From the NCBI RefSeq assembly GCF_009914755.1, contig NC_060930.1: DNA of 64,000 nucleotides; one strand, written 5' to 3'. Source of the stretch: the human T2T-CHM13v2.0 reference genome, Homo sapiens. Shown here piece after piece: positions 54,930 to 64,000 of this stretch. Below the pieces are notes generated by a model. That model had not been told where the DNA came from and searched no databases. It saw nothing but the letters and a program-made list of their open reading frames with translations. The position numbers and the translations under genes were made by a program. Every line of letters begins with the position of its first letter. The stretch's first letter is position 1.

Positions 54930-55560
54930 TATATATATATGTATTATATATAATATATGTATTATATATTATATATGTATTATATATAATATATGTATTA
55001 TATATTATATATGTATTATATATAATATATGTATTATATATTATATATGTATTATATATAATATATGTATTATATATTATATATGTATTATATATAATAT
55101 ATGTATTATATATTATATATGTATTATATATAATATATGTATTATATATTATATATGTATTATATATAATATATGTATTATATATTATATATGTATTATA
55201 TATTATATATGTATTATATATAATATATGTATTATATATTATATATGTATTATATATTATATATGTATTATATATAATATATGTATTATATATTATATAT
55301 GTATTATATATAATATATGTATTATATATCACATATGTATTATATATTACATATGTATTATGTATATAATATATGTATTATGTATATAATATATGTATTA
55401 TATATAATATATTATATATGTAACATATATGTATTATATATATAATATATTGTATATGTAATATATATGTATTGTATATATAATATATTATATATGTAAT
55501 ATATATGTATTGTATATATAATATATTATATATGTAATATATATGTATTGTATATATAAT
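54930..55560. repeat. AT-rich minisatellite (18-bp unit TATGTATTATATAWWATA, over 20 copies) grading into a related longer unit
   Basis: Direct inspection; 6-aa periodic ORFs (IYNTYI)n. Confidence 0.96.
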
Positions 55561-55934
55561 ACACACATATATTTAGTAGCTGCTTTTATTAGATTTATTA
55601 GATTGAGGAATATTACTCCTGTCTTTAATTTATGAATGATTTTATAATGAGTAGATGTTAGATATTACCAAATTTTTCTGTACCCAATGAGATAACAATA
55701 TGATTTTTCACCTTTATTTGGTTAGTGCAGTTAATTACATTGACTAACTTATAAATATTAAAGTACCCTTACATTCCTGAATAAAACAAACTTCCTAGTA
55801 CTCCTCTATAAGTTTTATATATCTCTAGTCAAAATTTGTTGTTATTTTAAGATTTTGCATCTACATTTCTGTGAGGTATTGAATTTTCACTATCCTTTGT
55901 TATAATGTCCTCATTAGGTTTTGTTTTGTCTTGT

Positions 55935-56260
55935 TATTTATTTATTTATTGACTTTTTTGGGGTGGGGGGTGGGGATGGAGTCTCGCTCTCACTCTTGTC
56001 GCTCAGGCTGGGGTATAATGGCGCGGTCTCAGCTCATTGCAACCTCCGCCTCCTGGGTTCAAGTGATTCTCCTGCCATGTCCTCCTGAGTAGCTGGGATT
56101 ACAGGCACATGCCACCTCACCTGGCTAATTTTTGTATTTTTAGTAGAGACGGGGTTTCACCATGTTGGCCAGGCTGGTCTCAAACTCCTGACCTCAGATG
56201 ATCTGCCTGCCTAGGCCTCCCAAAGTACTGAGATTACAGGCATGAACTGCCTCCCCTGGC
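55935..56260 (-). mobile_element. AluS
   Basis: Full dimer; TSD-like tgtcctcattaggtttt / tgtccttaccaagtttt. Confidence 0.94.
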
Positions 56261-56651
56261 TGTCCTTACCAAGTTTTATTATTAAGCATATTAAGATCAT
56301 GTTTTTATTTTTCTATTCCCTGGTAGTGTTTTCCTAAAATGAATATTATTCTTAAATGTTTAAACAATTTTACCCATAAAGCCATATGGTCAGGAGTTTA
56401 CTTTTAAGAAAGCTTTAAATTATAAATTCAGTATCTTAATAGACATTGGATAATCAGATTTTATATTCTCCTCGTGTTTATTTTCTTAGTTGTTTTTAAA
56501 GAACATGTCTATTTTCAAACATATCGACATAAAGTTGTTAATAATAATCTCTTGCTATCTTTGTAACGGTTGCCACTTAGTAATGTCTTCTTTTTTATTC
56601 CCGATGGTGTTAATTTGTGCCATGCCTATTTTTTTTAAACTCATTTTTGGA

Positions 56652-57640
56652 AGTATCTTAAGTTGGATCCTTTAGAAACAGGTGTTGAGACAAATATTCA
56701 AGTGCAGGTGATTTTTAAGGGGAATCCTTTGGAGGATGAGAAAATAGGACAGGGAAGGGGTAAATTTAAGTGAGAAAGAGCTTCAAGTGGAATTCAGCAT
56801 CAGCCTGATCATGTGAGAAGCTCTTGAGCATAAATGTAGAAACAGAGCACAGTTGTGCCTGTCCCTTGGGGGATTGGTTCCAGGATCCCTTCCTAAATCA
56901 AAATCTGTGCACACTCAAGTACTGCAGTGGGCTCAGTGGAACACACCTATAAGAAAATTTGACCCAGTGCAAGTGCATGTTTTGCATCTCACGAGAGCTG
57001 TTTTTTCAGTGTGCATTTGGTTGGAAAAAATCCACATATAAGTGTACCTGCACAGTTGAAACCTGTGGTTTTCAAGGGTCAACTGTATATCCATCGCACA
57101 CCACACACACTTTGAGGCAAGAGTAGCAGAGCTTTTGTGGAGCTTCTGTACCTCCTTCCAACAGCCAGTTATTGGCTATAATCTCCCCTGGGGGGAGAAT
57201 GGATATAATTTCAGGCACTTTTGGAGAAGCAAGAACTCTCCAGCGAAGTTTGCAGGTGTGAGCTGTTAGCAGCAGCACTCATAGAAGCTGGAGAATGGAG
57301 AACATCAGCCTAGTTAAAGGAATCCAACTGTGTATGGGTAAACCATCAGTAGTATCTTCTATAGCCTATGCCTTGCATTACTGAGATGCACTTGTTTTTC
57401 ATATTCACTCCATCCTGTTGCAGCTTTTCCAGGATTCCTGTTAGCTAACATTTCTGGGAAAACTTACAAGAGCAACGTTGACAGGAAAAACAACAGCCTC
57501 CCTTTCTGCATTTGGTCCCAGGGTCATTATTGATACATGTCATGTCCTTTGTTACCACCCATTTTAGACTGTTTTTACACTCAGCCACATCTACTGGTCT
57601 GGGTGGCTTGCCTCATGGGATAATCCACTTGGGCATCCAG
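56652..57640 (-). mobile_element. ERVL LTR (LTR33/LTR41-like) plus adjacent internal sequence
   Basis: tcttaagttggatcctttagaaacaggtgttgagacaaatattcaagtgcaggtgattt resembles antisense ERVL LTR ends. Confidence 0.55.
56850..57085 (+). mobile_element. MER8 (TcMar-Tigger MITE)
   Basis: cagttg..gggggattggttccaggatccc ... ttcaagggtcaactg, followed by TA. Confidence 0.85.
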
Positions 57641-57759
57641 ATGGAACCTCTAAAAACAAAGTAAACTTTTCAAAAAGTTAAAATTATGCCTATCATCCAG
57701 ACTTAAAGTGAATACATATTAAATATTTATGTTTCTTAATGTAAAGAATGCTAAAGCTA

Positions 57760-58850
57760 GTTTTAATCTTATCTTTTTAGATCACAAATCCTCTATTCCT
57801 CTATAATCTGCTGTTCAGTCTATCCATTTTGTCTTGCTTTCAGTTGGTTATACTTCAGTTTTAGATTTTCCCTCTGATATATTTGTTAATGCATTTTAAT
57901 ATTTGGCAAAATTCTCTATATTTTTTCTTTTTTTCTGATTATAATATTTTCTAACTTCCTGTATGATAACTTAAATATCTGGATAACCTATGGATATATT
58001 TAAAAACTTTTTTTCTCTTGGCTTTTAGTAATTTTCTTCTGTTTCCTAACACAGATAGACGGTTTTTAATGATTGCTGGATACTGAGTATGCAAAATTGA
58101 GAGGCTCTGTGTGATGTTATATTCCTGCAGAGATAATTCAACCTTATTTTGGAAGGCAAATAAAATATGAACAGATCACCTTAATCTGCCCATTTTAGAA
58201 ATCTCAGCTGGAAACCTACAGTATTTACTATGGTGCTTCTTTTTGATGAGTCTTGAACTCAAATTTTGGTTTCTCTAGCTCCATGAAAATGCCGGAAATC
58301 CTCTTGGCTTTTTTATTCTCTTAGCAGCTACTTTTTTTCTTTATTTTTCAGAGCCTTGCCTAAAATACACCTTGCTTAGAAATCATCAAATGCCTCAAGT
58401 GGAAAATAAGAGCTAAACATTGGACTCACTTTTGTGTGAGTGCCTTTTCTTTGGCATGGTGCCTTTCCAAGTCTTGAAGGGTTGGGTTAGCACCAAATTC
58501 ATATTTGTCTCTGCAATTCAGTGATACTCTCACAAGCTCTAAGCTGAGGCTTCATATTGCCTCATGTCTCTACCTCAAATTGTCAAATGTCTTGAAATGA
58601 CCTTGAATGTAAGACTATCTCAGGGCGTTTTACTTTTCTCCAGTATCTTGGCACTTTGAGTTCTGCCTGCCTTAATTGCTTTTCAAAGCGTTCAAACAAT
58701 TGTGCCCCTGCTCCCTCTTTCTCTAGCTTTGTCTCTATCTCTATCTCTCTCTTTTCTCTCTTCCTCATTATTTGGCTCTCATATTTACTGAGAAAGTTGT
58801 TCTGGTTGTTCTGATACGAGACACTCAATCATAGTAAGAAGTTGAATTTT
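57760..58850 (-). mobile_element. Old L1M 5'/ORF1 region
   Basis: tctgctgttcagtctatccatttt.. antisense ORF1-like, heavily diverged. Confidence 0.5.
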
Positions 58851-59186
58851 CTTCTGGTCTTTAAAGCCCACATAAGAATGGGAAAAAAAACTGCAGGGTT
58901 TTGCAAGGCAGAGCAATAAAACTAAGAGTTTCTCATCAATCAGGACCGTGGAACGACCACAACTCCAAAACGTGTTTAAGAAAATATAGAATCCTTACTC
59001 TGTCATGCTTTGGATGGCAATACATTTCTGTGAGAAATCTGTGCCTGAAATTGTATCTTTCCTGAATTCGTTGTGACAATATTAACTAAATGATATATCA
59101 AACCTCTAGCTTAGAAATGACATTGAAAGTGGGCTTGAGCTAATAATACTCCATGATGGTATATAAAGGCAAATGCAAAACTGTTA

Positions 59187-59335
<149 letters not shown>

Positions 59336-59349
59336 TAATGCTTCAGCAA

Positions 59350-59557
59350 GGCTGGGCGTAGTGGCTCATCCTTGTAATTCCAGTACTTCAGAAGGCCAAG
59401 GCGGGAGGATCATTTGAAGCCAGGAGTTTGAAAACAGCCTAGGCAACATAGCAAGACCCCGTCTCTACCCACTAACCCCTGCCCCCCACAAAAAAATTAT
59501 CTGGGCATGATGGCACATATTAGGTACTCAGGAGGCTGAGGTGGGAGGATTGCTTGA
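59350..59557 (+). mobile_element. AluJ, 3'-truncated
   Basis: ggctgggcgtagtggctcat..ggcaacatagcaagacccc..ggaggattgcttga then stops. Confidence 0.88.
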
Positions 59558-59779
59558 TTTAACAGCAAGTAGGCTTTCAAAAAGGTTATTAGATAGGTAA
59601 AAAAAAAAAATTGTTGGATCATTTGAGCGCAGTTAAATGCCAAATGCTCCTGGTTTGCACAGCAGCACTTTGTGCTGTAGGAATTCAGTGTTAGAGTAAA
59701 GCCCCCGCCACCTGTTCCACTGTCACTTCTGCACTGCAAACTTGATTTTGCAGAGATTATAATCACTGCATTACACAGA

Positions 59780-60025
59780 AAAAGTGCTCCGCTGCCCTGG
59801 CTGCTTGCTTGTTTTTAGCTGACTCATCCAATCTGGCAGAGGGTACGTTTGATTGAAGGAGCCTAAGTCACATGGCCCTTCTGAAGTGGCCTAGAGCTGG
59901 AAAAGTGAACATCACATTTTTAGCTTTCACTTTAAGGGTGAGCTGTGCCTCCTGTTAGGATTTCTACTAGGGAGGAAGTTCAGGTGTTAGTTGGCCAAAA
60001 GAATGGCAAATATCCATGACTAACA
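59780..60025 (-). mobile_element. MLT1 (K/L-like) fragment
   Basis: tttgattgaaggagcctaagtcacatggccc. Confidence 0.5.
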
Positions 60026-60044
60026 GGAAGAAGAAAGACTGACC

Positions 60045-60620
60045 ATTGTCACCCACTACTTCTCCTCTACAATTACCAGATGGACACAGTGAGATCAGGA
60101 AAAGAAATAAGAACTCAATGAATTGGAAAGAAGAAAGAAAACCCTCCTTTTTTCACAGATGGTATGACTAACCACATAGAAAATCTAAACAAATCTATAG
60201 ATAGCCTTATGAATTAATAAAGTTTGAAGCTTTGCTGCAAACAAATCAGCATATGAAAATCAATGTTTTGTCTACATCCAGCAATAGCACATTGTAAAAT
60301 TTCAATATATGTGCATTTTATAATAGCAACAAAAACAATTAAGTACTCAAGAAAATATTCCATAAATGTTGTTTAAAAACTTTGAAATGTAACATTACTT
60401 CAGGGCCCAACAGATCTATAAAATGAGGAGATATTTATTGATCTTATTTAAGCAGAATAAATACTGTAAAGATAACAATTCTCAAATAAATCAATAATTC
60501 AGTGTAATTCCACTTAGAATGCTTAATACAATTTTTAAACAATGCAAACTCATCAAACTGAGATAAAACTCAAAAGAGAGTAAAGAACCAAAAGATGATA
60601 GAAAAACAAAATTAAATTGT
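60045..60620 (+). mobile_element. Old L1M ORF2 RT-region fragment
   Basis: ttcacagatggtatgactaaccacatagaaaatct is a degenerate FADDMIVYxEN. Confidence 0.72.
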
Positions 60621-60679
60621 TTGGTGATTTCATCTGAAGAGTTGTGTTTCTGCTCATGCTTGTTAAGCATGTAATGATA

Positions 60680-61170
60680 TGCCATTAAGAATAAAAGTTG
60701 CTATAGGCTTTTGATTAGCTATTTCAGATTAAGGAAATTCCATTCTATTTCTAGTTTGCTGTTTTTTAAATCATAAAAGGGTGTTAAATTTTATCAAAAT
60801 GTTGGGCATTTATTGAGATGAATATAAGCTTTTAATTTTTCTCCTTTAATAACATGGTGAATAAATTACATGTTAACCTTTCTTCCATTCTTTTAACAAA
60901 CTCAGTCTTATTGTGATTTCAAAAATAATTGATCGATCCAGCTTACTAATTTTATTATAGGATTGTTGCATCTAGTTTGGGATGTGAGATTTGCCAACTT
61001 TTTTTTTCTTGTATGTTATTTACCTATTTTGGGGGAACTTTCCTCCTTTTTGGTTCTTTGGAATGGAGTTTATCAAGTAGGAATAATTTGGTGGTTGAAA
61101 GATTGGTATCTTTTAAATGTTCTGGACCGTATTTATTGATGTTGTTTTGTGGGTAGAGTTTTAAGTGCTT
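60680..61170 (-). mobile_element. Old L1M ORF2 fragment
   Basis: gttgctataggctttt..ttaaggaaattccattctatttctagtttgctg is antisense KLGIEGNFLNLIK..PTA. Confidence 0.72.
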
Positions 61171-61329
61171 CTTCAGACTCTAATTCCTGGGCCCTGGAGA
61201 TACTGCCTCCTGTGCAGCCCTCTGATGCCATTCTAGGACCACCTCCACACTTTCAAACCTAAAATAACCCCACTGTGCTGCCTGGAAAGCAGTCAGTAAT
61301 TAGGCAGTACTTCAACTCTCATTCCTGAT

Positions 61330-61760
61330 TTTAAACAATATCTCAACCCTTGGGTATGTAATTGCACACTATCCTTTCTAGTTGTACCAACTTTTAGATC
61401 ATTTCTTCATTTCATTTGCGGATTTAACTCCTGGCTCACTATCAGTATCTCCAACATGACCCTCATGTTATTTTGGGGAGATTTCATTATTTAAGTAGAT
61501 AATCTTTCAATACAATGGCTGTTCGATTCAACCGCTGCTTTCCAATGATCACGTCCCCCACCCTACTTAAGCCATCCATTTCCATTGTCCTACACCAGTC
61601 CCTTTCACGACTAGTAACGGCAACATGTACATAATCTTATTTCAAGTCTCCCACTCTCCCATAACTGTGTCCTGTGTTTTCAATTTTTTATAACAATTCT
61701 ATCCAACTCTAATACTTTTTAACTGTTCTTTAGATCTCCTCCTTCATTCTTTCTTTAATC
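61330..61760 (+). mobile_element. L2 ORF2 (endonuclease region) fragment
   Basis: gatttaactcctggctcact..ggagatttcattatttaagtagataatc (GDFN-like). Confidence 0.55.
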
Positions 61761-61794
61761 TAAATTTCAGCCAATCTTTATAACTACATTCTCA

Positions 61795-62580
61795 ATATGG
61801 GGTTTGCAGAGGGGTTAATTCTCAGACCGGCAACCCTCAACCATCAGGGAATGGGATACCCTAGCTTGGGATAATTCTGATGTCTGCTCTCCCTGGATCT
61901 TCAGAGTCCCCAGAGGATGTGAGATAGCATTAACACTTTTTTAAAAAATTTAAAAATTTTTAAATATTAAATTAAAAAAATTAGGCACCAAACATGAAGT
62001 CAGCTTTAAATACATGACATATCTGGGGAGTACAAAGTCAATTTAATGAATGCCCATAAGGAAAGAACTTTTCTGCCTTTACCTTTCTTCCTTCCCTATT
62101 TGTGCCTGATGGAATGTGATTAAATACCATGTGCATTTGATAGATGCAGCTTACTAATATTATTATAGGATTGTTGCAGCTAGTTTGGGATGTGAGATTT
62201 GGCAACTTTTTTTTTCTTGTATGTTATTTACCTATTTTGGGAGAACTTTCCTCCTTTTTGGTTCTTTGGAATGGAGTTTATCAAGTAAGAGTCATTTGGT
62301 TGTTGCCAAATACGATGTGATTGGGAAGATAGGAGAGGGATATAAGCACAAGGCAGGGGAGGAGAGAAGGACCACAATCCTTGTCCCTGGCCTACTGCTT
62401 GATACAGGTCCAGTAACATAGAAAAAGATTTAACATCACAATGAGTTTGGAATTTTTATTTATTTTAGGACTAGATATTTTAAATAACTGAATTGAGATT
62501 TAATTGTGATTAAACCATAGGATTTCTTGTTGCCTAAGACTGATCAAACAAGTTATGGGATTATGGGAATTTTTATCAGG
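61795..62580. mobile_element. Possible ancient LTR (LTR78/MamGyp-like)
   Basis: ggggtttgcagaggggttaattctcagac start and ggactagatattttaaataactgaattgaga motif; weak recall only. Confidence 0.35.
62137..62287 (+). repeat. 151-bp dispersed direct copy of 60929-61079
   Basis: 145/151 identical, no indels. Confidence 0.96.
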
Positions 62581-64000
62581 GATCAAGGAAGAAACTTCCC
62601 CCACTAAACACATTTTAAAGAGCTGTTTAGAGAAAAGAAGCATTATTTTACTCTATACCCAGGAGTCTTGCTTGTTTAATATATCTGTAACACATATATT
62701 GTGCATGTTTGCAAGAATGTGGTTCAGGTTTCTTCCCCTGTGGATTGATACAAACTCTTCAACAAGAGTGACTAAAGGGAAAAATACTCTTTCTCTGTTC
62801 TGGATAATATTTTTATCTATTTTCTTTTGGTCTTCATTGGCTGATCCTCTGCCCTAAATGGTAGAGCATTATTAAGGTCAAAGAAATGGAATAATATAGA
62901 GTTTGCTTTGTAGTTCTTTCCATGTGGTCCAATTGCCTAATCAACTTTTCTGTCCTGCATTTACTTTAGTTACTCCTACTAGGACCTGAGCACGGAGTTT
63001 TCAGAAGGGCCCTAGGCCCTGTCAGAGGGTTAAGAGGGACGTGCTCTCAAACTCCTTATTTCTTCCTAGGAGTGTATGTTTTTGGTGAGCAAAGCAACTG
63101 CTGAGCAGGAGAATAGGATGATAATGGTCCCCAGTATAATAAAGCGGAAGGGATGTTGAAAAGAGGAATATGATAGTGTGGTATCACATTGCATCCTAAC
63201 TGCTGAATTGTTCAATGGGCTTTTGCAAAGTTAAGTACCATTCTGAAAGATAGGATCTGTACAGTTTTCTTAAACTGCCATGAGTGAGCTATGAGCCTAA
63301 GGTATAGTCCTCATCCCATGGAAGAGGTGAACAAGGGCCTCATTTTTAGTAGCATAAATTCCAAGAATCTGCCAAGGCCGTAGGAAACAGTTAAAAGAGA
63401 AAGACAGGAAGTGGCAAGGAAATTGATACTAATCAGAAATTTCCGAGGCCTCTCATATGGAATACGCTGACCCTCAAAGTTTCTTTTTGGCAAGAAGAGA
63501 CCATAGAGTTTCTATACCTGAATACTTAACCTAAGTATGGGTGGGTTGAAGTAGAGTTGAAGAGATGTGGACTCTTTGTGAGACCTGTAGCCAAATACAG
63601 TTTTCAAACTTGATTTGTCAGTGGCAGGTGTGGCCACACAAATAAAATCTGCTTTTAAGTTTAATTATATCAGTACAATCTCAAGTACCATGTTTACATA
63701 TTCAAGACTGATAGTTGATGGATTTTTCCTATATTAACCATTTAAGTAAGATAATTATTTGCCATTCTGTGACATTTAATTACAATGCTATGACTAATTT
63801 ATATAGTTGGAAGAAAAAATTGCTTTATATGTCATTTAAGATTTGTATGAACACATTTAAACTGCAGAAAAGATTGCTTAGAAAAATGCAGAGCTGGCTC
63901 CCAAGAGCTCTTGATTACCTTCTGTATCAAGACCATTTTTTTAAAATTGGCTGTACTATCACAGCATAATTTCAAGGTGACCACCTGTCAAAGAGCTTCT

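Larger units (their letters stand above)
54240..56650 (-). mobile_element. Old L1M/L1ME ORF2 fragments hosting the VNTR and an Alu
   Basis: ttattgcactgtctaggacctccagtgtagtgttgaataaaagt; ttagattgaggaatattactcc. Confidence 0.7.

Noticed and set aside
54895-55566. Long periodic ORFs (IYNTYI)n and a CRISPR-like regular array
   Set aside because: Artefacts of an 18-bp tandem repeat lacking stops; no spacers or cas genes, and the DNA is eukaryotic
63000-63600. Possible CR1/L3 relic or exon
   Set aside because: I could not match it convincingly to any consensus or coding frame

Overview
This is AT-rich primate (human/ape-like) genomic DNA, either intronic or intergenic. I recognise no host protein-coding gene, RNA gene or CpG island. 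Roughly 60-70% is interspersed repeat: L1 of several ages, about 13 Alu-family copies, a complete THE1 provirus, solo LTRs (THE1, MLT1, MER31, MER39, ERVL), L2, MIR and DNA transposons (MER20, MER33, MER5, MER8, half MADE1, and a near full-length hAT-Charlie/Buster transposase relic). Nearly all listed ORFs are repeat-derived or chance. The most unusual signals are structural. Two short insertions appear copied from DNA 1.2-2 kb away (42811-42899, 62137-62287). An L1 and an Alu are each truncated at both ends with no poly(A) or TSD (51347-54102, 8914-9065). One target site was used twice (19762-20355), and there is an AT-rich 18-bp VNTR. A minus-strand three-exon candidate at 19.2-19.7 kb keeps an open frame after splicing. 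I see no convincing novel biological system. Subfamily names come from recalled consensus sequences and need RepeatMasker/Dfam confirmation; boundaries of old repeats are approximate.
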